Origin: Felis catus
Lineage: Eukaryota
DNA: 64,000 nt
Assembly: GCF_018350175.1 (NCBI RefSeq)
Contig: NC_058368.1
Coordinates: forward strand, 63,118,001-63,182,000
Direction: 5' to 3'
Below the pieces are notes generated by a model, which saw nothing but the letters and a program-made list of their open reading frames with translations, was not told where the DNA came from and did not search any database. The translations under genes were made by a program, and so were the position numbers. Shown one piece after another: positions 25,955 through 38,796 of this stretch; positions within the stretch are counted from its first letter, which is position 1, and the number at the start of each line of letters is the position of its first letter.

Positions 25955-26310
25955 GGAATGAGGTAGGTTATGTGTTGGTAACAACTTCCAAATTCTCAGT
26001 GGCTTATCTCAACAAAAAATATTTTCTGTCAAATAATACAGTCCCAGGAGTTGGTAGTGGGGCTGATATCCCCTAGAGGACCCAGCAGGATACCAAAGTT
26101 CTACCTACGTCTAAGCCTCCCTGAACATTACATTACATTCATTACAGCTGTAATGAAATTCACCTGTCTGAAACTACACACATTGCTTCCATTAACACCT
26201 CATAGGGCACATCTGTCATGGGCATGTTGGCGTTCTAGGAAGGTGAGGAAGTGTAATCCTGCCATAACCACTAAGAGGTGTGAAAAACAAATATTGTGGA
26301 CAGCCCTATC
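25955..26310 (-). mobile_element. ERVL-MaLR solo LTR (MLT1K/J-like)
   Basis: taggttatgtgttggtaacaacttccaaattctcagtggctta...gaagtgtaatcctgccat resembles MLT1 LTRs. Confidence 0.65.
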
Positions 26311-26574
26311 AGTTCTCATATCCAACCACCCCCACAGCCACTAAAACCACCAGCACTCCATACCCACATACAGACATGGTATCTTTTTGTTTCTCTTTCC
26401 TCTCCCAACAAGGGTATAAAGGATCAAATGTATATTACATATCATTGTCTGATTGCTGACACCAATGAGGTTAAGTATTAATAACCTACACTCGACAAAT
26501 GAAAGAAATGAGGCTTATTGAGATACAGGGTCTTGCACATACGTGTTATTGGGCACGATGTTCAAACCCACTAT

Positions 26575-27110
26575 CTCTTTTGGCTTAAAACCTTTGGTGA
26601 ACATCCATTTTCTACAAGAATAAATTCAGACTCTTGGATATGCTATGCAGAGTCCTCCAAGACTCCTTCATCATTCTCTAGAGCCACTTTTTACTGCCCT
26701 CAACCCTTTTACTCCACCAATCAGCCATTGGAAACTTCTTATGAGTTCTTTGGGCTTCATTTTATTATCCCCTTACTCAAGTGGCAGCTCCATTTTTGAC
26801 CATCCTTTCCTCCTATCCTCTTGACACACATTAATGTACTTCTAAGACAGTTCACAAATCCTTGCCCTCTGTGAAGACTTTTCTGTTTTTTACTCTCACA
26901 CAGATGTTAAATAAGCTATCTGTTCTTTATGTTCCCATTGTGCCCCATGCACATTTTTACCAAACTAAATTTGTTGCACTTACTGTCTTTTGTACCTGTT
27001 ATTACTGTACACAAGGCGCCCTAGAGATACTTCTTACTCACTTGTATAGAAGTGTGTGTATCTGTGTTGATGGTTAATACATGTGATTTCATTGAATGTT
27101 GAGTGAATAC
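26575..27110 (+). mobile_element. L2 3' region
   Basis: gcttaaaacctttggtg...aaattcagactc...cctctgtgaagactttt...gttgagtgaat follows the L2 3' layout. Confidence 0.55.
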
Positions 27111-27124
27111 AAAGTAAATATAGG

Positions 27125-27330
27125 GTAGAGTGTGAGTGTTAAGGCATGGACTCCAGAAGCCAGACTGTCTCAGTTGGAAGCCTGCCCCCATTGTTGTCAT
27201 TGTCTGACATCCACATTAACTTCTCTGTGTTTCACATCCTTCATCTGTAAAAATAAGGTAATAATATTGTCTCTCAATTCTGCCACAGCTATCATGAGGA
27301 TTAAATAATAACATATGCAAATGTTTTAAG
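27125..27330 (+). mobile_element. MIR
   Basis: The MIR core ttaacttctctgtgtttcacatccttcatctgtaaaaataaggtaataata...atgaggattaaat is present. Confidence 0.8.
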
Positions 27331-30026
27331 GGAGTAATTATTAAAATCAATAGCAGCAGTGATGATATTAGTTGTAATGGAGTTAATAATACAGGTAATC
27401 TGGTATCTTTCTCCAATATTTCAAAGCTTGTATAAATCAATGTCTTTAGGTCAAACCTATTACAAATGGTAATAGGACAAAGTTACATAGAACTGGGTAA
27501 ATAATTACAATTATATTGTCCAATTTACATATTCAGAAGATACTGTATATGTTATGTGACCAACGTATACTGAAAAATAAAACTTGGGCCCACAGGTTGG
27601 ATGGTTCACACAATTTTTTCCTGATTTGTTTGCTATCTGTTCATGTAGAATTCCTTCCTCTTGTGGTAGCATGTAACTCAGTACAAAAGGGTAAAAAAGA
27701 GTTAAATGGCAACCCACTAGCCAGAAGGCTGGAAACAGAATTTTCTCCCCATCCATTATAACTACAGACAGGCAGGGAACAGCTATAAAAGAAAGAAAAA
27801 GTGCTTGAGAAATGGAAGAGAGTTACTTAGCCAGGAAGATATCACTTTTTCCTGTCTAACATCAGGGTGTTTTTTTGTTTTTTGGGGTTTTTTTTGTTTG
27901 TTTGTTTTTTAAGTTTCTCAAGGGAACTGCATAAGCTTTTGTAGATATTTGCAGACATTCTAGAGCACTTGAAGAAAGTCACTTTTGAGAGTTTACTTCC
28001 TGTAGTTTCTGCATTATGTGAGTTGTTTAACAGTAGTTAGGAGTAGAAATAGAAATAAATAAGACAGATCTAAATATGTGTGTGTGTCTATACATAAAAG
28101 TCGGAAAGCCTGTTCTATAAGCACTGAATTTTTACTAAATAAGAAAGAACTTTTTGACTAAGGCACAAGGGTACAAACCATTGGAGGACTACAAAAGCAA
28201 CAAAAGGATTCAAAAATGAGTGAAGAAGCAAATAGGATAAAGACAGATAGACACTCATATTTCTAGTCTACAGGTATGATGACATTGGGGGTTAATACTA
28301 GAATCACACTCTTGTAATGACTGTATATTAACCAGAACTTGAGGAATATAAGTGTGAGGAGTTAGATTTAGCTGCTGCCAAGGTGTATGTATGTAGTGTA
28401 TTTCATAGATGATGATGTTTTAATTTAATGTTTTTTGTTTTTTTTTAAATCTTGCACTACAGAAACCTTTCTCAGATCATTACGGGTAGGTTGTAAAGCA
28501 AGAAAGACAGAATCATGCATTTCAATAACTAGGCTTTACAGTTAAGGTTTCCTAATAGGGACCAGATTTGAGACTCCAAACACTTAATTTTCGATAGTCT
28601 GGAACTTCACATGACACTACCATAACATTGTATAAAATGACCTAAAGCTTTCTAAAAATTAAATGGGTGGGTGAATGAATTACTGAAAGAATTTAGGAAT
28701 AGTAAGTAATTCACTTCATGTATTAAACATGCCACCAATGTAAGATTAAGAAAGATTCAAAATGGTAACTTTTACACAAAGTAATCAATGCTAGAAAAGT
28801 GACAGTATTATAGACATACCCATTACCTATATGACATTGCATTTCTTTATTATCCAGGAACGATTGATTTGTACAACAAATAAAATTTCCCATCCCTTTA
28901 AGTTTAATAAACATAGTCTATAAAATCCATATTTGATTAAATTACTAATGGTTATGTAACAGCAATATTAATATTGAAGTTTAAAGGTATCCCCTTTCTG
29001 GAATTTCTGTTTTATTATCTCATTCTTGTCAAATACAGTGATGGTTCTTGGTGTTCTCAAGTCATTGGGATGCTCTGGGTGATAGTCTCATGTATGTGCC
29101 CTTCTAAATTTTGAGACAATGGTCCAGATGAAGATATCCTCTAAACTATGGGAGAGGGAGACAGATTACGATAGCAAACATTTGTTTATTTGATTAAAAA
29201 ATTGCCCGAGTATATCATGTCTTAAATTTTGGTGTTCTTAATAGAAAAAATATTATGATAATAGGAAAATTTTAAGGTCATAAAATAAGAAAAAAATACT
29301 CTGCAATTTGCCTCATCATTTGCCTTATCTCTTAAAATTCAAGTAGCTGTTGAAATCAAACTCTATATAGATTGCTCAAATACTTACCTTTTAAAAACCC
29401 TGGCCCTACTGAAGCATTTCCCAATGCTAATTTAGATTTCTACTCATTATATCTCTATGACTAAAGTCCCTCCAGTGAAATGTGCAATGAGAATCTGGGG
29501 AGACACAAGCTCATTTTATTATGAATTAAATATTTCATGAGATGCTCTTGACTAAATTGAACTAAACCTTATCTAATTTTCACTTGTAATCAAACAATCT
29601 AGACTTTAACAAATGACCAAAATTCCTTGCTAAAGAATTTGAAGTGATAGAAACTGAAAGTAAGAAATTGATAAATAAATTTAGCATTAAATTGAAAATC
29701 CCCATTTGGTGTCCACCTCTCCTAATATAAATTCTGTTGATAAAATAATGCAGTTTTCATGTACACACTTTATAATCCAGAAGGCCATTCTTGCCCAAAG
29801 GGCATAGAGTTTAACAAAAACTGTTGCAAATCATCCATTTACGTCTACACGCCTTGTAAGCATTTTGAAAATTACTGATTTTATTTCATATATTACAGGT
29901 GTAGGTAGATTTTATAAAAGTTAAATATTTTCTTTCTTCTCTATTTAATGAAGTAGTCTAAAAAACAAACCAAAATGTACCATGATGAAATACTTCATTT
30001 GGGGAGAAATAAAGATAAGTATTCCT

Positions 30027-30256
30027 AGAGCAGCTGGGTGGCTGAGTCGGGCAAGCATCCTGAACTTTGGTTCAGGGCGTGATCTCACAGTTCGTGGTTT
30101 CAAGCCCCATGTTGGGCTTTGCACTGATGCCATGGAGGCTGCTTTGGATTCTCTGTCTCACTCCCTGACCCTCCCCTGCTCACATGCACACTTTCTCTCT
30201 CTTTCTCAAAAAATGAATAAATATGAAACAAAAAATAAAATAAAATACCTTTAAAA
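30027..30256 (+). mobile_element. Can-SINE, diverged
   Basis: The degenerate TSD aaagataagtattcct / aaagctaagtatgact lies at 30011-30026 and 30257-30272. Confidence 0.9.
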
Positions 30257-30999
30257 AAAGCTAAGTATGACTGATGCAGCTTTATCTCTTTGAGGAATTT
30301 TCTTTGGAATTAAATGCTATGTCAAAGAAACTTTAGATTTTATAGCATTGTGCTCTTACATAATGAACTATCATAAGACTATCAGCTACAAATGCAATAA
30401 ACTGTTTATGGATGCCACTCCTAAGAGCTTGATTCAAATATTTTTCATCAAGTTGTACCTAATGCTACAATACCACAAATCAAATCTTAAATTTATGAAT
30501 AACGTTGTATTATAGAGAAAATCCCACTTAGTTTCCTAGAAATTGGCAACATTTAAAAACAGCAATTTCAAGTATATATGAGGCCTTTCTTGGTCCCTGA
30601 AATAACGAATGATCTCACAAACTTCTGATTTCCAATAGGACATTGTATTTCTTTTGCATACCTCTCACTTAATGTTGTGATATGTACTTAGGCATGTAGC
30701 TGTCATAACTGCTCTATTATATTGTACCTCTTTAAAGATGAGAGGGAGCATTCATCTTTTTTTTTATACTTCACAGTGTGAGGTAGTGTCTTGCCTACAG
30801 TGAATGCTCAATAACTGTTTCTGGCATCAAAGACTGAAGAAAAAAATTATCAAAATTCAGAGTGCTGCCCTGGAGAAAACTGAATGTAACTCCCTGGTAA
30901 TAATCCTGCACATCCAGAGTAGGTTTTGAAGCAAAATAGCTTCTTCACAAGGAGGAATCCAAACAGATAGAAAAATACTGCCATTGACCTTCAAATGTG

Positions 31000-31217
31000 C
31001 TGTTCCTTTGCATATGTGTGTTTGTAGAGTGTCAGAATCACCTGAGGAGCTTTTCTTTTTTAAAACACAAATAAATGAACCACTCTCCAACAGACAGTTC
31101 TCTATATTTTGAGAGAATGGGTGGTGAAGAATCAGAATATGTATATTTTGAAAAAAACTTCCCTGGATGATTCTAAAATTTATCATTTCTTCCCTCTGTT
31201 TAGGACTACTGCCCTAG
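31000..31217. mobile_element. hAT-Charlie MITE (MER5-like)
   Basis: tcagaatcacctgaggagctt...aaacttccctggatgattcta...gtttaggactactgccctag matches MER5. Confidence 0.7.
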
Positions 31218-31792
31218 AATTGTGGCTTCATGAGAAAGTCACATGGAGAATTAATTAAATGCATATTGTCTAAAATAATCTTTTTTTCCCCCAAGGGCAT
31301 TGCGACATTGGTCAGCAATGTATATTTCAGTGTATAGGAGTAGAATTATATCGTTGATATGCGCATTGGTATACAAACACTATTAGAGTGGCACGTAGCA
31401 TTGTCTTCCATCAATGTTGTCTTGGCCATAAATTATACAGCATAAGCCCATTGGAGCAGATATAGTAAGACTTCATAGGAGAAGCACCACGTGATCATAG
31501 TACTAATTATATCAAATTCAAAATACAAAAGTCTTTCCATTTAAAAATAAAAATTTTCGTAATGCACAGAAAACTATATGACTTCAAAGAGCAAGATTAA
31601 AATAGAGGTAATGCATATTTGATTTTGGATACAAATAAGATTTTTGTCACATTGTCCCATTAATTTACGTACTTGAAGTTTTAACTTCTTTAGAGTTTAA
31701 TTTCAAAACATTTTTTTCAATTTTTATGACTGTACAAATCTCTTCAACACACTTATACTAGTCAGTCAAGTAAATAAATCAAGAAAACAGGC

Positions 31793-32042
31793 AGATGTAA
31801 CATATAGCATGGTAACTGTAGTTAATAATATTCTATTGCCTATTTGAAAGTTGCTAAGAGAATAAACCTTACAAGTTGTCGTCACAGGGAAAAAATTGCA
31901 ATTATTTAAGGTGATGGATGTGAGCAAGATTAGTTGTGGTGATCCTCTCACGATATACTCAAATGCTGAATCAGTGTATTGAATCCACATGTTGTATACC
32001 TGAAATTAATATAATGGTATATGTCAATTCTATCTCAAATAA
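31793..32042 (+). mobile_element. L1 3' end (L1MA/L1_Carn-like)
   Basis: tatagcatggtaactgtagttaataata...ttgaaagttgctaagaga...tatatgtcaattctatctca. Confidence 0.85.
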
Positions 32043-32144
32043 TCTAGCCCCTCCAACGTAAAAAGAAAAGTAAACAGAAGGGAAGGCAAACATATTAACT
32101 TTTACTCTCTGGAGTCTAGGTTAGTTGAAATGCGGTGCCTTAGC

Positions 32145-32305
32145 CAACAGCCCTCTGAGATAAGTATCATAACCCTGTTTTATAGTTGGGAACACTAAGG
32201 CCCTGGGAAGTGGTGAATTGATGCATAAATTCATTTACTTAATAGCAATAGAATCAAGATTGAAAATCACGTCTAAATACTCTCAAAGTTATATTCTCAC
32301 TGCTA
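32145..32305 (-). mobile_element. MIR fragment
   Basis: caacagccctctgagataagtatcataaccctgttttatagttgggaacactaaggc is the antisense MIR core. Confidence 0.65.
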
Positions 32306-32315
32306 TTCTCTATAT

Positions 32316-32630
32316 CAGGGGTTTGCAAATGATTCACAGACCAAATCTAGCCTGCATTCTGTTTTTGTATGGCCTGTAAGTGAAAAATGATTTTATATTT
32401 TTAAGCGATTTTTTAAATACAAAAGAAAAAATATTTCTTGACAAATACAAATTATATGAAATTCAAAGGACAGAGTGAGAAAATCAAGTTTTATTGGAAC
32501 CCAACTGCATCTATCTATTTAAGTGTTACCTGTGGCTGTTTTCATGCTACAGCAAGAGTTGAGAAGTTGCAATAGAGATTGTATGGCCTGCAAAACTGAA
32601 AGTATTTCCGAAAAATTTTGCAGACCCCAG
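32316..32630. mobile_element. hAT-Charlie MITE (MER58B-like)
   Basis: It has TIRs caggggtttgcaaa / tttgcagaccccag and an 8-bp TSD-like pair ctctatat / ctataaat. Confidence 0.85.
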
Positions 32631-33118
32631 CTATAAATTGCCTCCTCGTTAATGCATGCTTGTGCTTATAGATGTAGCCTAAATTCAAAGCAAACCCATA
32701 GGAAAAATAAAGTGAAGAAAGTATTATTCCAAAGACACTGATGAATAATATTCTTAAAGAGCAATAACACATCAGATTCAATCACTCTTCATTTTCCTTT
32801 CCACACCATTTAGAGTTCATTGGTTTGAAAGCTTCCTTGAAGGCCTGCAGCACTTAATTCATGCATGCATTAAACCTCTTAGGTTTACTTGGCCTGAGTG
32901 TTGTGAAAAAGATCTTGGAGGCAATTTATACATAAGAATTTGTCCCTGATTAACTCTTTTTGAGATGAGTCATGGAGCAAAGTCTAAAGTGACAATTCTG
33001 ACACTATTTTGACCAAGGAGTGGAGAATCTGCCAAGTGGTCCTGAAAGGACTCAGATTCTTTGTCACAGCATGTCCTTTCCTGAGGCTTGATCCTGAACT
33101 CCACCCCACCCCTAGCAA

Positions 33119-33265
33119 CAGGCTTTGTGGAGCCTGAAGCTTATAAAATGTGAGGGGTTACTTTCAGGAAAAAGAATACAAAATTATAATACACAATTAG
33201 ACATAAGGTTCTGGAAGGAGCCCAGACAAGTGATGGACCCTGAAAATCAACCTTCCTTTGCTCCA
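33119..33265. mobile_element. hAT MITE (MER53-like)
   Basis: caggctttgtggagcctgaagcttata...aaaaagaatacaaaatta...ggaaggagcccagacaagtgatggaccctgaa. Confidence 0.65.
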
Positions 33266-33376
33266 ACAGAGAAGAGAGAGGGTGGAGTATTAAAGAGGAG
33301 TGGCCATCACTCATAGTTACGCTTGCCATGAAAAATTGTAAAATTAATAGATTCAATTATAAAGTAAAGTGTCCAA

Positions 33377-33646
33377 GGATGCCTGGGTGACTCGGTTGAA
33401 TGTCCAACTTTGGCTCAGGTCACAATCTCACGGTTCATGAGTTCAAGCCTCATGTCAGGCTCTGTACTGATAGTTCACAGCCTGGAGCCTGCTTCCGATT
33501 CTGTGTCTTCCTCTCTCTCTGCCCCTTCCCCACTCCCACTCTCTCTCTCTCTCTCTCTCTCAAAAATAAAATAAACATTAAAAAAATAAATAAAATTCCT
33601 CTTGCTACTTGTTTCAGCAGAGTTCAGACTTTAAAAAAAATAAGAA
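33377..33646 (+). mobile_element. Can-SINE with extra 3' segment inside the TSD
   Basis: The SINE spans 33377-33595, followed by a unique 37 nt at 33596-33632 and a second A tail. The TSD lies at 33359-33375 and 33647-33663. Confidence 0.92.
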
Positions 33647-34722
33647 ATAAAGCCAAGTGTCCATATCGCAGGAGAATTCTGAATTAGAAAAGTACCTGTT
33701 CTACAACTTTAACTTTTTTAGTAAGTAGGGTCCTGCTAGCTCTTTTTCATTTTCTTAGAAAAATGCCTCACAGAGGAATAAACAGCTATACTAGTAGGTA
33801 GGCAAAGAGATGATGGCTGAGGAAGTGTAATGTTTCCCAGTTTGACTTCTGTTCATTCCTGTTCTGCTTCCTTCCAGTTTGTTTTGAGATTTAAACTCAG
33901 AACAAGGAACTAGAGCAGACATGTGCTCTCTGCATGGCTTGCTGTGTGCCCAGAGCTTCAGAGAAGCAGCTTGGCAGCTTGGACACCATTCACCCAATTC
34001 AGAACAAGTGCCAGCTCTTCCTGTTTCTGTCCTCTTCTTTGCTTTCTTCCAAATTCTTCATCTTCTTCACCTTTGATTCCATATATCTACCTAACCTAAG
34101 AAGATAATTTTTTTTTGAAGGAAGTAGTTGACTAGAGTCTAAGGACTAGAGCCAGAATAAATAAAACAGGAATGAAGTTCACCAGATGGTAGGAAAGTAA
34201 AAGTGACGACTAGACCTGGGTTGAAGCCAGATCTGAAAAAACAACAGAATTGGAAGGTCTGAAGTAAAGGGCCCCAGTGATGACCCTGCCAACAGAAGCG
34301 GTCACTACTACCACCAGAAAGAAGATGCCGGGGCTTTGGCTGCCAATTTTCCTTTGAGTTAAGTAAATGCTTTCAAACGTCAAGAGGAAGCATGTGGGTA
34401 AAGAATGCAGGGTGAATATCTGTCTCTCTACTGACCAGCTATTTAAGCTCTCAAAAATCAGCATTTTTTGTGGTTGTTGTTTTCTTTTTCATCCATAAAC
34501 ACGGGCAATGACTTCTCCTGGAGGTGGGTGTTGTCAATAGGAAATGTGGCAAAGTGTTTAAAGGGACCAATATCATGCTTGGCACAACTGTATTTGATGC
34601 CACTGGGCATCATCGGTTTCAGAACATGGCTTGTTCAACCAGAGTTACTTGCAATGCTTCCTGAGCCTAATCCTAAGCACACGGTGCAACTTATCCTGGA
34701 GACCTGCTCAGCCTCGCTTGAT

Positions 34723-35119
34723 TTAGAGCAGTGCTGTGTTTGCTCCATTTGTGGCCTCCCACTCAGACCCTTTCATGAACCTTCTCTGTGCTGCTTAGAA
34801 TTCTGCTGACTGCATCTCCTGAGTCCCTTGCTTGCTTGTTGAGATCTGTTGAGTTTACGATTACCAGATATCAGCAGGAGAGGTGGGATTGGGAGGAGAG
34901 ACCAGGGTTCTTATTCTCCCAGCTCTCCCCACAAGGTCCTATCCATCTACCACTACAGCTCCTACTGGGTGGCCACTTTTCAGCTGCTCTGGGCTGCAGG
35001 AGTGACACTATCTTTCTCCTTTGCCTCTTTAGCCTTGAATCAGGCCCATGATTCTTTTAAATAGCTCCTTCATTCAAGCCACCTGAATTGAATTCCTCTA
35101 GTTGGGATCCTGCCTGATA
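34723..35119 (+). mobile_element. ERVL solo LTR (LTR33-like)
   Basis: cagtgctgtgtttgctcc...gactgcatctcctgagtcccttgc...gcaggagaggtgggattgggaggagaga...taaatagctccttcatt...gggatcctgcctgata. Confidence 0.75.
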
Positions 35120-36854
35120 GGGATGCCATGTCTCAAAAGAGCTTGGATTTTTAGGTTGGTTGATTAGTAGTTTATATTCAGCCAGATTGTATCTAGGTAA
35201 ATGTATCCATCATGAAGTTACTTCATAACATCACTGCTTATCAGGAAAGGTTCCTGTCTTCCTCCAAACCATGATTTTCAGAAAAAATATCTCCAACCAG
35301 GAAGGAGTCATGAGGAAAGAAATAGGCTACCCTTTTAACGGTCAAAACAACAGACCATTCCTGGGTCATAGATATTCCAGTCACACCCCACTGTCATTGG
35401 GCATTTTATTTTGTAGGAATAAGGGCTATGTTTTATATTTAATGACATAATGTAACATCTGTTTAATTATACATGATGCATGAAAAATTATGTTCTTTAC
35501 TGACTTCACTCTATATATCACTACATTTTAGACTTGTCAGCAAATTCAATTTATTTACCTTTCACTTTACTGAAGTTATTTTGAATTTCATAGATGTGGA
35601 AATAATTGAAATATAGATATTAGAAATCTTATTTTAATGTCAAAACTTGTCTAAAGACTCGTATTTCATGGAAATGAAGACTGGTAACCACAATTATTAC
35701 TACTTCCATACTTACAAGGAAATAAGAAATATTAAAAAGTAAAAAATGTGTCCTTAAAATTATAGCTTATAATTTCATGGGGCAAATCTAACATAACAAA
35801 AGGATCAAATATCCATTCAAGTTCACTTATCATCACTGTCTCCTATGATGGTAGTACGTGTCAAGTAATTTTAAATCCAAAAGAATGGTTACAATTTCTA
35901 GAGCCCTAATTATAATGAGAAATTTGTTTGTGGCTGTTAGAAACATCAAAAAATATTATTTTAAAATACTAGATTTAGAAGAGGAGACATTATTTCGAAC
36001 TTGAACGGCTTTCCTGTTTGAATTTTTCCTTTGTCAACCTCCTCCGAAGTCTAATGTGAGTATACATGGGCAGGGCAATCTTGTACTTTTATGTACATTT
36101 CAGGTATTAGTAGGAGGAAAGAGGAAAGAGCCCACGTATACACTAAGCCACAAGTCTAGTGTCAAGTAAAAGAAGGAATACGTGGGACTTCCAGTCCCAA
36201 GGAACCATGTTTCAATTGAAGCCACTGCACAATCGTAGCAGGTACTGTAGACACTACAGCCATGGATCTGAAGGTAGATTGACGTAGCATTCCCTGGAGT
36301 ACACCCTTATAGAGATGTAAGCTATGCACGATGTTTACGGCCACCGCGCTAAGAAAATAACATGATCTTATCAAATGTTAACAAATTTTCTTGTACTTAG
36401 GGATATGTCTGGTGAAACTAGAATCAGAGAAGATGCAAGAGTACTTCTTCACATGCATATAGTAGATTAAACAGTGACATGTAATTCTTACTAATACCCA
36501 AATCTTTCCCTGGTTCTAAAACTAGACTACATTTGATGCTCTCAATTATAGAACAGGCCCTTGAACCATGAGTGTCAATTGAATTGAACACTTCTGGTTG
36601 TAAAATTTGGGTGGATTTTTGTCATTTCAGTATGCCCCTGTTTGTGGCTGTACAACATTTCAATGCCTGATAAATGACGGATTGTGGCCAAATGTTTTGC
36701 TAATTTCCTAGATGTCTGATTAAAGCAAATAGCTATCCGCATTGGTTACAAATCTTGGTATAACACAAAGTTTGTAAATGGCATCATTTCTAGACCATTG
36801 AGAGAGCTTGTACAATTTCAACACTCCAGTCTTGATTTAAAAATTGAAGGATTT

Positions 36855-36983
36855 GGGGCACCTGGGTGGCTCAGTCAGTTGAGCATCCAACTCTTGATTT
36901 TGGATCCGGTCATGATCTCAGGGGTGTGGGATGGAGGCTAGCTTTGGGCTCTGTGCTGAGCATGGAGCCTACTTAAGATATTC

Positions 36984-37027
<44 letters not shown>

Positions 37028-37490
37028 TCTCTCCCTCTCTCCCTCTCTCCCTCTCTCCCTCTCTCCCTCTCTCCCTCTCTCCCTCTCTCCCTCTCTCCCT
37101 CTCTCCCTCTCTCCCTCTCTCCCTCTCTCTCCCTCTCTCCCTCTCTCCCTCTCTCTCTCCCTCTCTCTCCCTCTCCCCCCCACCCTCCCTCTCCCTCTCC
37201 CCCCCACCCTCCCTCTCCCTCTCCCTCTCCCCCTCTCCCTCCCTCTCCCTCTCCCTCTCCCCCTCCCCCTCTCCCTCTCCCTCTCCCCCTCTCCCTCTCC
37301 ATCTCCCCCTCTCCCTCCTCCTCTCCCCCTCTCCCTCCCTCCCTCCCTCCCTCTCTCTCCTCCTCTCTCCCTCTCTCTCTCTCCCCCTCCCTCCCTCCCT
37401 CTCTCCTTCTCCCTCCCTGTATCTCTCCCTCTGTCTCTCTCTCTCTCCCTCTCTCCCTTGGCCTCTCTCCCTGACTTGCTTCTTTTTCTC
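36855..37490 (+). mobile_element. Can-SINE with hugely expanded CT tract; no clear tail or TSD
   Basis: The head ggggcacctgggtggctcagtcag runs to ~36985 and is followed by a pyrimidine tract. Confidence 0.88.
36986..37459. repeat. Polypyrimidine/polypurine tract: (CT)n, (CTCTCTCC)n, (CTCTCC)n
   Basis: About 474 bp with only about six purines on the + strand. Confidence 0.95.
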
Positions 37491-37718
37491 TATGTCTAGA
37501 CTTTACATAATCTAGATTTCTGGTTTTTTTTAATAAAATCAGAAGATCTCACAACACAGGGTCTTTTTGAAAAAACAATCAACTTGAGATGGGGACTGGC
37601 CATCACTCCAGGTTCTTAAAAGTCTTTCTTTGCTTTCTGTAACACCATACTTTCTTTGTTTTGCTCCTGATTTACTGACAGCTCCTTCCCCATCATTTTG
37701 TCATCCTATTTCAGTTTT

Positions 37719-37924
37719 TTATAAGGAATTTTTTTAATGTTTATCTATTTTTGAGAGTAGGGGAAGGGCAGAGAGAGATAGAGACAAAGACAGAGAATCC
37801 CAAGCAGGCTCCACACTGTCAACGTAGAGCCTGATGAGTGGCTCAAACTCACAGACTGTGAGATCATTACCTGAGCCGAAATCAAGAGTCAGATGTTTAA
37901 CTGACTGGGGCACCCAGGTGCCGC
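37719..37924 (-). mobile_element. Can-SINE
   Basis: The TSD catcct(a/c)tttca(g/a)tttt lies at 37702-37718 and 37925-37941. Confidence 0.93.
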
Positions 37925-38041
37925 CATCCTCTTTCAATTTTAAATGTAGAAATTCCTCGGGATTCAGTTCTAAGTCCTGAAGAAGGTTCTTTTCTCTCTC
38001 ATTCTAAATGTTGTACTTAGGCAACAAGTTCATTCACTCAT

Positions 38042-38042
38042 C

Positions 38043-38093
<51 letters not shown>

Positions 38094-38216
38094 GAGAGAT
38101 CATACACACATGTGTGTGTGTATATATGTATACACATATATATGTGCATATGATATACATACGATATATATGATATAATATGCATATCATATATATACAT
38201 ACACACACATACACAT
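38042..38216. repeat. Compound (TA)/(GA)/(TG)/(CA) microsatellite
   Basis: Adjacent imperfect dinucleotide runs. Confidence 0.85.
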
Positions 38217-38796
38217 GTCTTTGTATATATCAGCAACCCACAGAGGTCTGTTTCCAAACCAGTGTGCTCCAGTCTGTTTCTATTATTACCCCTCCTCTTT
38301 TTCTTACAGATTTATTTTTTTCCTTGAATGAATCACAACACTTTCTGTTTACTTAGCTTTTGCAAAGTTGACTTCACTACCTGGAAGAATCTTCTCCTGT
38401 TCTTCTGCCTATGTCCTACCTATATTTCATGTTTTTCTCTTAGCTTAGATTTTATTCTTCTAAAAAAATCTCCCTGAACTCCAGATAAGATCATCTTTCC
38501 ATTATCTTCTTTAACAATAGCTTGAAAGTCCCTCTTTATAACACTTATCAGATCATAACAAATTACTCATGTAATTATTTGCTTAATATGGGTCTTAATA
38601 TAGAGTGTAAAGTACATTAAAATAGATCCTGTTTGTACTTTTTACTGTATGTCTTTGCCTTTAGCACCATCTGACACAGTGTGCTCATAATATTTAGACT
38701 TCAATATAAGTATTCAAATGAATTATATGAGATCTCATAGCATCCTTTGAGAAATTGAAAAACCTTTCTTTCCTAAGAATAATTCAGATAATATTA

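Larger units (their letters stand above)
37600..38720 (+). mobile_element. L2 fragments (interrupted by a SINE and a microsatellite)
   Basis: ttctgtaacaccatac...taaatgtagaaattcctcgggattcagttctaagtcc, with an L2 3' end gtgctcataatattt...tgaat. Confidence 0.55.

Noticed and set aside
36931..37515. Longest ORF (194 aa, Ser/Leu/Pro) and its antisense Arg/Glu/Gly ORFs
   Set aside because: These are translations of the CT-repeat expansion, which cannot contain stop codons.
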